64,000 nucleotides of DNA from Mizuhopecten yessoensis (lineage: Eukaryota). The notes beneath the pieces were generated by a model, which worked only from the letters and a program-made list of their open reading frames with translations, did no database searches and was not told where the DNA came from. The position numbers were made by a program, and so were the translations under genes. The stretch covers positions 1,105,026-1,169,025 of the forward strand of contig NW_018407322.1 in the NCBI RefSeq assembly GCF_002113885.1, in the 5' to 3' direction. Numbering within the stretch: position 1 is the stretch's first letter; the number at the start of each line of letters is the position of its first letter. Below, in pieces: positions 41,476-55,325 of this stretch.

Positions 41476-42788
41476 ATGGCAGAACCATTAACAAATAATC
41501 CTGACGATTATGAAGATGCCAAAATGCATGAGGCTGCTTTGGTTGCTATGGAAACGGGGAACATGACGCCAATAATCAAACAGGAGTTACGGTGTTTAAT
41601 ACAGTCTAGACGTTTGGCAGAAGGCAAATCTGAATTGTACGTCGATTTCGTACCTCCGGTGATGACAGAGGTAGGCGCGATGTTTTATTAAAAGAAATGG
41701 GATGAAAGGTTGTGATACGACCTATAATACTAAGGATTGTACAACATGTTTTTTTTTGTTTTTTTTTGTTGTTTTTTTTTGTATTCGTTCCTGAAAAAGA
41801 TTAAAGAAACTTTTTTTTTCATGTGACGGACACGACTTTTTTCTGGAAAAGGTCGAGTTTCCTATAATTACCATTTTGGTTAGGTGACAAATTCTATCAG
41901 AAACCATTCGACTGATTTTATGTTAATTATACCATGGCTATGCATGCAATTTTTGCTTTTGCCCGAACGATTCCTTGGTTAATTTGTACATTATCAGTAT
42001 GAATTCATATCATGGTTTTAAAATGTACGATGATCTGCATTGAACATGTTTTATGCAGAAAATTGTAAGTTATAATGTGACTGTTTGATACTTTGTATTA
42101 TAAAATAATGTGTACGTAACAAAATTCTGATGGAGAATACCTTGTTTTTATGATATCTATTTGTTATATTATTTACTTGTTTAACAGCTTACACCAGAAG
42201 AACTCTTAAAGAAAGAAAACAGACGGGAACAAAACAGAATAGCGTCCAGAAAATTCCGGAGAAAGCAGGCATTCTCGATAAATAAATTCAAGAAGGTGAC
42301 GAATATAAAATTCAACGTTAAATGCATGTGTTATTTATTTTTTGCACACATACTCTATGATTAATATACGAACACATGAAATTGATATGTTTAAACTAAT
42401 TGCTCATTTGTATATAATTGCATCCATTTTTTTATGTCATTTTCATTCAAGATTAAAATACCGAAAGCATATTTTCCTGGAATGTAATCTGAATGAGTAA
42501 ATAATATTTTTTTTAGTAATATATTGAATCTGAATAAAAAAAAGTTGAAATAATGGAACCGAAAAGTAGTGTTTATTATTATTATTTTTTTTTTTTTTTT
42601 AGAGAATTCAACGCTTGAAATCTGAAAACACAAGACTATCATCAGAGTTGTCATCACTTGTCGAGGAAACAAACTCTTTACAAGGAAAGCTGCAGTCTGA
42701 TCTGGAGGAGTGTGGCTGTGCCATTTCTACAGTAGCGTCTGACCCACAAAGTGCTGGAGTATATATCATAAGTAAAAGGGCCGTATAG
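41476..42788 (+). CDS. ATF3-like: ATF3/Fos-family bZIP transcription factor, paralog B; exons 41476-41670, 42188-42295, 42603-42788; 162 aa
   Basis: MTPIIKQELRCLIQSRR motif; 108-nt basic exon LTPEELLKKENRREQNRIASRKFRRKQAFSINKFKK; zipper RIQRLKSENTRLSSELSSLVEETNSLQGKL. Introns are GT-AG, phase 0. A probable non-coding first exon ends at 39884 (TATA 39842), with the acceptor at 41467. Confidence 0.9.
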
Positions 42789-42824
42789 CCGTTAAACCAA
42801 GCAAATGGACTGACAGACATATGA

Positions 42825-43013
42825 TATATAAACTGAGTCAATGGAGCCTGGTATGTATACTGAGTCAATGGAGCCTGATATATATACTGAGTCAATGGAG
42901 CCTGATATACATACTGAGTCAATGGAGCCTGGTATATATACTGAGTCAATGGAGCCTGATATATATACTGAGTCAATGGAGCCTGATATATATACTGAGT
43001 CAATGGAGCCTGN
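42825..43013. repeat. 27-bp minisatellite with one AP-1 site per unit, ending at an N
   Basis: Unit tgagtcaatggagcctgatatatatac; TGAGTCA starts at 42834, 42861, 42888, 42915, 42942, 42969 and 42996. Confidence 0.95.
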
Positions 43014-43354
43014 ATGTTATATGTTTTACATGCGAAATAAAATAAAATACAGTATAGTTTGTTTGAATATCTCTTTTTGTAACGCCTATGTTTACAGAAG
43101 GGTGTTTAAGATACTGAAGCTTTAAGGTGGGTCATGGTAACTGTCACGGAAATCATGATTGTAATAGTGATTTAACTATCAAAACAAGGAAAACACCACT
43201 ATCGTCATAAAGCGTATAGCACTTCTTAGTGTTACGACGCTCCCGTTGGTCAATACAGTTATTGTAATCTAAGGAAAGCGAATCGACGATATTCCTGAAG
43301 GTGAAACTGAAAACAACGAAAAGAATAACCGCCTCATATACTGAAGGTACTTGC

Positions 43355-43697
43355 AACTAATGTGGGGTTATTACAACTAATGTGTGGTTATTACAACTAA
43401 TATATGGTTATTACAACTAATGTGTGGTTATTACAACTATATGTGTGGTTGGTACAACTAATGAGTGGTTATAACAACTATATGTGTTGTTATTACAACT
43501 AATGTGTGATTATTACAACTAATGCATAGTTATTACAACTAATGTATGGTTATTACAACTAATGTATGGTTATTACAACTAATGTGTGGTTATTACAACT
43601 AATGTATGGTTATTACAACTAATGTGGGGTTATTACAACTAATGTGGGGTTATTATAACTATATGTGTGGTTATTACAACTAATGTGTGGTTATTAC
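43355..43697. repeat. 20-bp minisatellite
   Basis: Unit acaactaatgtgtggttatt, about 17 copies. Confidence 0.92.
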
Positions 43698-44769
43698 GAA
43701 AGTTGTATGCATTATCAATTAGTTTGATTGTAATCTTACAAAATTGTACTGCAATGTAGCATTCACTCGTCCTCATGCCATCACGTCTTCTATCTATCGT
43801 TTGATGATATTAACAGATGGACCTGCCTGTAATAATTTAGTATCGAGTGAGGAATATCGATGATAATCTAGATACATAGGCCTCATCATATTTTTAAAAT
43901 GTAAACTTGTTTGACTTGCCTATCAACACATGAACGTTTTAAACAGGTGCTTGCTTACTTAGTAATCCTAATTGTTATTGTATTGTTAGCCTGACATAAT
44001 GTCATTAATACGGTACAGCGCTTGCCAAATATTTTGTTGTTTTTGTATTAATAAACCGTTACATACATAATGAAAATGGAAAATTTGGTACTCGACGAAG
44101 GAAACAATGGAGAGCATGATACATTGTAGGCCCTGGTTTCATGTGATCCATACATTAATCATATGCTTATTATGAAACGATACCATGTGACAATATCTAA
44201 CATTCTAATTTGTTTCCGTTGGGGTGATATCATGAGACAATCTAGTCAGAGGTTTAAGTGCCCTATTGAGGGGTCGTCGTCATTTTTTTAGCGTCATTCC
44301 GTTTCACAATTAAACACTTTTCTGGAAAATCACGTTCATCGTCACGTGCAGGTTATGCTTGTTGCATCCATTTTATATATCAAACAAAAAAAGAAGACAT
44401 GTTTTAATATACCAAATACACTTTTGTGAATATAATGATATAAATCCAGCTGGAAGTAGATTACAGAAAGAAGAATGACTACAGTGTACCTAGGCTACTA
44501 TTACAATGATCAGCTTCAGTATTTAATTGTATGGCAAACTACTTACACTACAAATGGTTTTACCGAACATTGTTGTTTCAAATAATAATATAATAATCCA
44601 ACAATGAACAAAACAGAGACCATGTACATTATATCTATAATGCATCGGAGAAAGTATACTTTTCTATGTTAGAATCAATTTCATCTTGAACAAAAAGACA
44701 TCATCAGCATCTTATTAGCTTAATTTAACTGTTAGGTCTGAAAAGGCATTATATCAAACCCAACTATGG

Positions 44770-45652
44770 CAGATAGTAGTATTTGCTATGGTAGTGTCGG
44801 TCATGATAGTGTGGGCCATGTTAGTGTTGGGCGATCACAGTGTAGACGATAGTAGTGTAGGCGATGGTAGTGTAGGCGATGGTAGTGCTGGGCGATGGTA
44901 GTACTGGGCGATCACAGTGTAGGCGAGAGTAGTGTAGGCGATGGTAGTGTAGGCGATGGTAGTGCTGGGCGATGGTAGTACTGGGCGATCACAGTGTAGG
45001 CGATAGTAGTGTAGGCGATGGTAGTGTAGGCGATGGTAGTGCTGGGCGATGGTAGTACTGGGCGATCACAGTGTAGGCGAGAGTAGTGTAGGCGATGGTA
45101 GTGTAGGCGATGGTAGTACTGGGCGATCACAGTGTGAGCGATAGTAGTGTAGGCGATGGTAGTGCTGGACGATGGTAGTGCTGGGCGATGGTAGTACTGG
45201 GCGACCACAGTATAGGCGAGAGTAGTGTAGGCGATGGTAGTGTAGGCGATGGTAGTGCTGGGCGATGGTAGTACTGGGCGATCACAGTGTGAGCGATAGT
45301 AGTGTAGGCGATGGTAGTGCTGGACGATGGTAGTGCTGGGCGATGGTAGTACTGGGCGATCACAGTGTAGGCGATAGTAGTGTAGGCGATGGTAGTGCTG
45401 GGCGATGGTAGTGTAGGCGATAGGAGTGTAGGCGATGGGAGTACTGGGCGATCACAGTGTAGGCGATAGTAGTGTAGGCGATGGTAGTGTGGACCAAGAC
45501 AGTGTAGGCGATGGTACTGTGGGCCAAGACAGTGTAGGCGATGATAGAGTGTGCTATGGTAATGTGGGCCATGGTTGTGTTTGGCGATGGTAGTATGTGC
45601 TATGGTAGTGTGAGTCATGGTATTGTTGGGAGATGGTAGTGTGAGCGATGGC
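44770..45652. repeat. 15/16-bp G-rich minisatellite
   Basis: Mixed units ggcgatggtagtgta, ggcgatggtagtgctg and ggcgatcacagtgta. Confidence 0.92.
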
Positions 45653-46689
45653 ACTTTTGTATGTCATTGGTTCCTGTTGTTGGTTTCGTATTGACTTTGA
45701 TTTTGAATTTTGTAATAAATGATTGGCTACCAGCTTCCAATCAGGTGCTAAATTCTGTACATTACTGTAATTGTTGCAATACGTTTTATATGATACAGCA
45801 CGTAAATTACACTTATTTTAAACGTTGTCGATGTGACCTAGTTACATATAATGTTATGGACATTCCAAAAGTCTGGATAATTTAAAAGTATTCGAATACA
45901 ACTTGAAATACATTGCTGTGGCTACTGGTGTCCGACCTCCAAATATAGGCATTGATAGTGGTTATTTTGAGGCAGCCTTTAACGTACTGCTTATAATGGT
46001 ATAAACAGAATATGTCTTTGTAGTCGGGTGTCGTTCCTCTGTAGTCTTCAAATGACAAGTATCAGCCTAGTAATTGGTCAGGTTGGTTTACCTGACACCA
46101 ATCAAATAGCTAGCCGCGTGCCTTCAAATTTGATTTGACATATTCCAGGGGTGTAGAGATCGAAAGTGACCGTAACCTCTGGATATCGAGGATGGAGCAG
46201 CCTCATACTAACTGCTTATAATGGCATATACAGAATATGTTTCTATGTAAAATGAGATACATTAAAAAGAAACAAAGCAATGCTCTTTAGATTTGTAATT
46301 TTTCCAAATGACTAGAAATGATTCAACACATGACCTGTCTGCTACGCTATAGATGCGTAGCATTAGTCATGTCAGGAAGCCTAAAATCACTAGTACTTGT
46401 AACAAGGGTTGTTTATATGGTAACTACTTAACATAAGGCTAATTTAAGGTTTGATTAAGCCTTATATTTCTATGTGTATAGTTTATTTTTGAGCGCTAAA
46501 GATGTTCGCTATCAGCTTTATCACAGGGAGATCAACTGACACCGAAGAAAGTCATCGATGAACGTATTTTCTAACGATTTTCTAACGATTCAATTTCTTG
46601 TTTTGCCATAATAAAATATTTAAATTATGACTTGGTTAGGAACGAAAATGCTTCTGAGGACTTGAATGGATGAATCATAAAGAGAGTTG

Positions 46690-47800
46690 CATATTTATTA
46701 CAGACATTAAAACGAGGGTCACATATGTTATTACAGACATTGAAACGAAGGTCACATATGTTATAACAGACATTGAAACGAGGATCACATATGTTATTAC
46801 AGACATTGAAACGAAGGTCACATATGTTATAACAGACATTGAAACGAGGGTCACGTTTGTTATTACAAACATTAAAACGAGGGTCACATATGTTATTACA
46901 AACATTAAAACGAGGGTCACATATGTTATAACAGACATTGAAACGATGGTCACATATGTTATTACAGACATTAAAACGAGGGTCACATATGTTATTACAG
47001 ACATTGAAACGAGGGTCAAATATGTCATTACAGACATTGAAACGAGGATCGCATATGTTATTACAGCCATTGAAACGAGGGTCCGTACGTTATTACAGAC
47101 ATTGAAACGAGGGGCACATACGTTAACACAGACATAAAAACGATGGATTGTTATTAAAAATATTATAACGAGGGTCACATATGTTATTACAGACATTCTT
47201 ACGAGGGTTACATATGTTATTACAGACATTAAAACGAGGGTCACATATGTTATTACATATGTTAAAACGATAGTCACTTATGTTATTAAAAATATTACAA
47301 CGAGTGTTACATATATTATTACAGACATTATAACGAGCTTTACATATGGTATAACAAACATTATAACGAGTGTAACATATATTATAACAGACATTGTAAC
47401 GAGTGTTACATATATTATTACAGACATTATAACGAGTGTTACATATTCATTACAGATATTATACGGGTGTTACATATTTATTACAGATATTGTAACGAGT
47501 GTTACATATATTATTACAGAATTATAACGAGTGTTACATATGTTAAAACAAACATTATTACAAGTGTTACATATATTATTACAGACATTGAAACGAGGGT
47601 CACATATATTATTACAGACAATGAAACGAGGAGGGTCACATATGTTATTACAGGCATAATTACGAGTGTTACATATATTATTACAGACATTATAACGAGT
47701 GTTACATATTTATTACAGACATTATAACGAGTGTTACTTATTTATTACAGACATTATAACGAGTGTTACATATTATTACTGATAGTACAACGAGTGTTAC
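46690..47800. repeat. 33-bp minisatellite
   Basis: Unit ttacagacattgaaacgagggtcacatatgtta, drifting to ...attataacgagtgttacatatatta. Confidence 0.92.
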
Positions 47801-49643
47801 ATCTCTCTTATTACCAGGGGCCACATATGGGCTTCACCTATCGGGCTAAAAATGGTTAAATTATATTATGTGATACTTTTGTTTTCAGGTGGAGGTTATA
47901 TAAGTATTTATACTACCATGATTGTACCGTTGACTTAGATAGCGTGTTAATGCACACATAAATAAGACATATTAATAGCAATATTCATATTGAAATTATT
48001 TCAATGCTTCGATTATCCTTACATTTGTATAACATACGGATTTGTATGTGGCAATAGCCCATGTGTAACAATGTATGTCTTTTTATCTACTATAATAACT
48101 GTCATTGTAAGAATACTAGTATACATATGTTATGTATCGCGTTGGAATGATTTTGCGAATTATATAGAGCGTTCCACAAATGTTGTATACGTTTCTATTT
48201 AATATTGACTATATATTGCTTCCTATCGGTACCGATGTTAAAACAACTTCCTCGATATCCTGAGCTATACATAGTTTTGGTTGTTTCCGTGTGCTATTTT
48301 AAGAAAACATGTTCACCTTTCGTAGTTATTGTGTTACATCGTTTAATATAATACACGATCTAGAGGCAGTCCGAAGAACAGTAAATCTATTTATATTGCT
48401 GACGAAACTGTTGCGATTGGGAGGGGACAAGACAAGCTGGTCTATGACTTTATGAAATGTTGCAGGGAATATAAAAGCTGCAGGTAATACATAGATACGA
48501 ATATTGCATATGTAACCGAAAAGAGATGTAAATGATCGACATAATTGCACACCGTTCCTGTCGGCGTTTCTAGCCCCTACACACACGTGTTAGACATAAC
48601 TACCTGTGTGTTTTATCAATGTATGTAGCGCTGCCTTACGCTGACCTACTTGGCTGTCAGGGCTCAATATAAACTGTGTATTACTATGTTTGCTACAACT
48701 TGCTGACTACAGAGAATGCAGAGCTTATACGTACGTGTGTGTAGATGGGTGTATTTTAAGTATTTCGTGTCATGCTATTAAAAGCTGACCAAAGTATGGT
48801 ATTAAGAAGTTTACATACACCTATGATTTTGTTTACTGAAGGTTTCGTAGATGTTAACGTCTGAGTAAATATATCACAACAATAGTAACGTGTACACCGG
48901 TACCTGTATCGGAGCAATGTAACAATGTGACATGTTTGGATTTTTTTACATAGACATGCATATAACATGATAGCATTGTTAATATTTACATACAATTTAT
49001 GTATAGCTTAGACAAATCAAGATATCATTTTGAGAGAAAAAAAGAAGTTATTTGATTTGATTCATGTCTCTGAGACAACTGATATGTAAAGAAATTTAAT
49101 TCAAAGCATAGCCACAGCGGAATAGAACTACCACGCTGGCGCATCAGGGCGACTCGACATGTGCTAAAGACGATAAATTATCGCTACACCCAGACAAGTC
49201 TTTGGCAGATTATTATCACCGTGCATTGCATCTTTGTTAAACTTGTAAACGTAAGGACTGGACAGTGACTATAACTCTTGAAAAACTGCGTCACCAATCA
49301 ACAAAAACCAGAGCTTAGGGTTATAAAACGATTAAATGTTGCTTATAGCCAACACGTTGATTGAAAAATTGTAAGATTAGCAGAAAAACTGTAAATGCAC
49401 TGAGAGACCATATGCCGTTGATTTCCTTACAGTCAGTCGGATTTGGATTCTGTTCCGTTCATTATCATACACTATCCATCTGTGTTTATGATATAATGCC
49501 GTATGAAATATTTTTTAACATGAATTGTGTGTTAATAATGCGTAAATATGACGAATAATCAATACGTTTTTCTATGGGATCTCATAACGAATGAGCAAAA
49601 GTAGCGACTGGATTTTAACTTTATATATATATCAGAAACCATA

Positions 49644-50604
49644 ATGGCTGTAAACCTCACCGAAGTGGATCCCAGTGACGAAGAAGAGTGCAAGCTAGCA
49701 GAGGCTGCTCTAGCCTGTTATGAATCAGGATGTCTTACTCCACTGATCAAAGAAGAATTGAAGTACAAAATACATACAAGACGGATGGAACAGGGCAAAG
49801 GGGAACTTCAGGTCCAGTTCACTGCCCCGGACAGATCTGAGGTTCGTTTTAACTGATTAAATTCAAAATAGATATATAATAATATCAAGACACAGTGGCA
49901 TAATAATATGCAGTGTATTCCTGGCAGACTGTATCTTTTACAAATTTTTAAAGGTACAGTCATAGGCGTGTGTGTGTTTTAGGATCATCTTTCAAAGTAG
50001 GTAGGGATGATACCAGAACAAAACCAAAGACACCTTTTATCATTAACAAAATTGTTTCAGTTTGTTTTATCCTAGTTACCTGTGTGAATATCATGTAACA
50101 CTGTTAAAGCGAATAAAAAAAGAACAAACTAGACAAACAAGGTTTAATGCTAACACTTATTACCGGTAAACGACCATTTCTTCTACAGCTGACAGCAGAG
50201 GAAGTTCTGAAGTCAGACAGAAGACGACAACAAAACCGACAAGCAGCACGAACGTTTCGCGAACGGAAGACGACATCGGCAGCTACTATGAATAATGTAC
50301 GCTATTTAATCATTTAAGTTTTACTCTATTGGAAAGAAACTGTGTGAAAAGTATGATTCTTTTTTCGAAAATTTTTTTTAACATAAAAAAGCCTATTCAC
50401 TCCTTGATATTCTAAGTAATGAAATATATTTATTATACGATATATTTATTCTTTTACGTTATTTTACAGACGTTGCAGAAATTACAAACTGACAACGCTC
50501 GACTTAACGCTGACATTGAAAGACTCGTCATGGAAAAGGAATTTTGGCAAGGAAAACTAAATACACTGCTGCTTAGTACAATAGAGGGTTATTTAGACTC
50601 GTGA
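49644..50604 (+). CDS. ATF3-like: ATF3/Fos-family bZIP transcription factor, paralog C; exons 49644-49841, 50189-50296, 50470-50604; 146 aa
   Basis: LTPLIKEELKYKIHTRR motif; 108-nt basic exon LTAEEVLKSDRRRQQNRQAARTFRERKTTSAATMNN; zipper TLQKLQTDNARLNADIERLVMEKEFWQGKL. Introns are GT-AG, phase 0. Confidence 0.9.
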
Positions 50605-53600
50605 TATTGAGACCCAAAACAACATCAGGATGTTCAGTATGTGCTTCAAACATAATGACCTTAAGATATGTGGTAGACACGACATTGCATCAAACTTCTA
50701 CGGTCTTTATTGGCCATTAATCCCACTCGGAATCTTACTAACGGATTTTACTGACGATTTGTCAAACGTGCATCATGTCTCTAGTCCGATGAAGTATTAT
50801 CATTGTGTGGAACCGTATTCAGGTATTTTACACATGCGGGGAGGAGTGTCTTTGCATATATAGAACCTCCAGAGTTAAGAGACTTTAGTTCCCGAACAAA
50901 ATCAGCAATGTCGAAGGTTCTGGATCGATCAATGTATAAAATAATATAAACACAGCTCGTGAGTAACATACGATATGTAAATGTTGTAGATTGGTGTTGC
51001 CTTGATCAATCAGACTTCACTATGACCTTACAAATACATACACAGTTGGTGTATAGTTAGAATGACATGTAAAGCTGCTTTACTGCCCGTATCTCATGAT
51101 TCCTTTAATATATACTTTTACGGATAGTTAGATGTCAGGTGATGACAAAGTGTCTCTCCAGTTAATGATGTCTAACGTCTAGGCGTGTTTTATGTACAAC
51201 TTACAGTGCTATGTAGTAATGAGTGCAGATCTGAACTGTCGCGTTTACCCATTACATCACACAGTTCTTCCATGTCTGATGTGTCCAAACGTGAAAATGA
51301 TTCTTATAAAATGTTATCATATTGAAGATTTAAATGAATGTATTTTGATAATTTCCAATGCTCCGTGTGATTTAATGAGTGATTGTAAATGAATATGGGA
51401 CCCTTAATGGACGTGCACCCTCGATTGGATCAACAGGTTTGACTTGGTGCGTGATGGTGTGTTTTTGAGATATTGAATGTATTATTATATTATCGATATG
51501 TTTTATTTGTTACAATTTTTATGTATAAAATATTGAACTTTGATTTTGTTTTGTTTGTCATCATCACATGAATCAGTCGTTATCTCACACATTGTTTACA
51601 AGTAAAACCAAAACTGATTTCTAGCACGTGTTCATTAACATGCCCTTACTGATGTGATATGAGAGCAAGAATAACACGACGTGTTTGTGTGCGAAACGAC
51701 AGCGAGAAGAACCGAGCAGACCCCACAGAATGAATTCATGGAAGAAACATGTTGACTCCCTTCCACTCCCCTCCTCACCCCATACCCCACCCCCGACACA
51801 GCATGTGGTGCCCTATGTAACGTCGGTCTCTAATTATATTCAGCAAAATAATTTTTCCGTCATAAGCTAAAAAAACTCTTAGTTGGAAAAATCTTGTGTG
51901 TGTATGTAAGTACGTAAGTACGCTGTAGGCAAGTGGTGACACCATCCTAACATTAGGTTCGTCGAGTTGTTTTCATTTAAGTACAAAATACTTAATTGCA
52001 GTACACTGCTGACATGTACAGTGTTCCGTTAACGTTTGAACAAAATGTCAATTGTACTTGACCTGTTTGTGGTCACGGGGTCATCGTCAGGCGTACTCAA
52101 GAATTAGGGGTGAATGTGTAAACGTTCTGTTGATTTACATACACCGCTACAATAATCGTGTAGTAGGTATATAAACAGGAAAACGAAACTTATCATCCCC
52201 GTAATGCGTTATCTACAGTGTGGAGTATTTATTGTCAGGGGTAAAAGTGAAACAACGTCAATGTTCTCGGAATCAAGGTATGGATTCTTTCTGCATTTGC
52301 GTACTAAAATGTGGTGTGTCCCATCACTAGAGTACCACAAAAGCATTACTGTAAAAAATGACCGTTATGGAGTGACATAGACATCGATGATAAGACTATA
52401 GACATGTAAGTTTTAACTATTTATGTTTGGTCTATATTAAAAATATAGTGTGCTCATTTGTATGTTTTTTTCTTTTTGTAAATATTACTAAGAAAGAGAA
52501 ACGAAAAATGACCTCTGTTAACTATTTTCAGAACGCACATAACTATACTATGGAACATCAGGTCCATAGGAAACTTGCTCTTAATTTAAGCGTAACGATA
52601 TCCTGTCTGAACGGTATTCAATAAATCACTTACCAGATGACAACACATATTCCATCGTATGCAGGTATGCATTAATGACTACTGAGACAATAATAGAATA
52701 ACCCTTCGGTGGTGAAATAGACATACGTTACATACCTGTGTTGTATTATTTCATCACAGCTATTTCTGGCACTATATCAGGTTGATTTTGAATACACTGT
52801 ACCTGCACCTTGTAAATCTCGTATGATATTGGGACAAAGGATGTGCACTATCCTCGTACAGGAAGGCATTCTTCTCATTACAATCGTAAAAAGGTCCAAA
52901 AACCACCAATATTCATCTTCAAAGGACTAGGTTGAAATGCATATGACATTTGACCAATGGAGATATAAATGAATAATAAAAAATATATAACATTACAATT
53001 TCAAATTTTAAGAAATAACCCGAATGACGACAACAACAATAAATATTTAAAGTATATATATATTTGATCAAATCAGAGATAAACGTATGGTATGCGTTTT
53101 ACGCAATTCTTTCTCCGGTTTATTTATAGATACACTATAAGGAAATTTCCAGCGACAAAGTAATAACCTGATGCAATATTCTCTACAAGCAGTTCGAACT
53201 TTCTAGACTAAGGAAGACTTTCAGCTGGTAGAGAAGTTCTTCAGGGACAGAATCAGGAGCACGTGCAATCATTCGATAATAAATCAGCCACGAGCTGTCT
53301 TTCACTTGGATTAGCAGCTTATTGACCTCGATATGTCGTGTATTTCAGACGTTCGCTGAGAAGTGCAATGTATCGATTTCGAGTTATGAGGAGAAGCACC
53401 GACTGAAGTAAGTTAGACACACGAATAGTTTCATGTGATCTGGAAACTGTGTACAGTAAGATCAAATCGTAGATTTTGAAAATGTTCCAAGAAACAGAAA
53501 CTTGGAGGAAACATCATTAACAAAGAGTAATTAAAGCACTACATAGTTCATTTTGTTTCTCCTTTATGAAACTGTTCCAGATCGATAGAATTTATAGTTT

Positions 53601-55325
53601 TAACATATTGTTTGTAATACAAATGTTTAGAAATTAGGAAGGTGTAATTGAAAACAAGTAAATCGTGCCAAAATTCATCAACTTCCGGTTTCGAAATGCC
53701 TGCAAAGGAAATTGCTTCACAAGTCCAAACTACGTGCCACTATGGTAGCGTGGCGACCGCTATTTAACGTGTCTTCCGTCTCCTGGCGACCTTTGTCTCT
53801 GCATCCCGCACTCGTCATGAGGCTGACCAATCACTGTCACTTCAGACCACTAAATGCCGGTGTATGCACACGTGACCACGTGCAACAGAATACGCAGTTT
53901 GTTTTTGCTTTCTGTTTATTTTTAGAAAACCATTTGTTGTATATACGCATGAGTAGTTTTTTCCAACAAAATGCCCAAAATTCTAAGTACCTTTTATAAA
54001 GTAAGACGCTTAAGCAGAATATTTTCATTACAGTATATTCATTTTACGATGTGTCGAATACGTTGATTTGGACAAGAAAGGGATGACAGGTATTTGCCAC
54101 TTATATTGATAATGAATTATATTTAAAACATATACAGCAATTAAGTGTCCACAGAACTGTGTAGATAAACTAGGAGCTAAATTAAGAGGTAAGCCATCGT
54201 TTCACAGCAACAGAATGTCAATCTTCATAAATCCGTATCTGAAAAGCTTCTACAAATAATAATATACTTCCAATTGACCGACTCAAGTTATTTAACCTGC
54301 ACGTGACATTGTTCCATTGGTCAATATGTGTAAATGGTGTGTGATTCAAAATCTCGTATTTTATTTGCGTGTTATATTAATTGCCTTATGGGTACTTAAG
54401 TGTTATTGTCATGTGTCAACCGAAACACTTATGCTTAAGCAGTTCTCGCGCTTTTGAATCACCCTTAGTATGGAATGCAGGTAAAATGTATATATTTAAT
54501 CATATGTAACGAGTATAGATGTTTGATTGGATAAGTATGTCATTATGAATTGTGACAATAGTTCATGTATCCGTGTGTTACATTTACAATGATAAATATT
54601 GACAAATCTGATATATTTCGTGAACACTGCTCCGAGTGTTAACATGAGCGGAAAGTTGTGTGGGGGTAGATTTATTCAATCGTTATTATATGAGGTGAGT
54701 TTGAATGTATCGTATACCACTATGTCTTAGAGACCCTATGTCTAGACGCCCAAGTCTAGACAGCGGTCTGGTAAATGCTGGAGCTGTAAATATCTCTGTT
54801 ATTTTTAGATCTTGATATTGCAGTGACATACCACTTGAATGAGACATTAAATAGACTACAACAGGGGCAGTAGTTCTGTTTAGAAACACACCTACGGTAT
54901 AATAGTATCTATACGTCGCATTTATATATACTGTATATATATATTTATCATACATATTGAATACCGTATAATACATAATGAGTACCAAGCCATACATTTA
55001 TACGGACGATAGTGTCATATATATAGACTAAAGTGTTAAACATACATATTACTGTGTCATACATTCTCATTGCCGTTTTAACACTGCCGAAGTACACTGC
55101 CGTCATTTTTTTAATTTTGTTTTCTAATTTCAAGTTTATTTTCCAGGCTAGTATCATCATTTTTTCATTAGCTTATCTCTCGCACGCGTGCAATCCAGAA
55201 ACAATAATTACACATAACCTGCATTTTTATACATATTTTGTGACAGGAAATAGTTTTACAGAGTTGAAAAATACTGAAAATGTTGAGTGTTTGTCATCTC
55301 TTATTATAAACTATAGGTATCATTT

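Noticed and set aside
42608-47727. Repetitive ORFs (TQYIYQAPL, TTIAY, ITDIETRVTYV and similar)
   Set aside because: All are translations of minisatellites; 42608-43003 is also antisense to the real exon 3 of paralog B.
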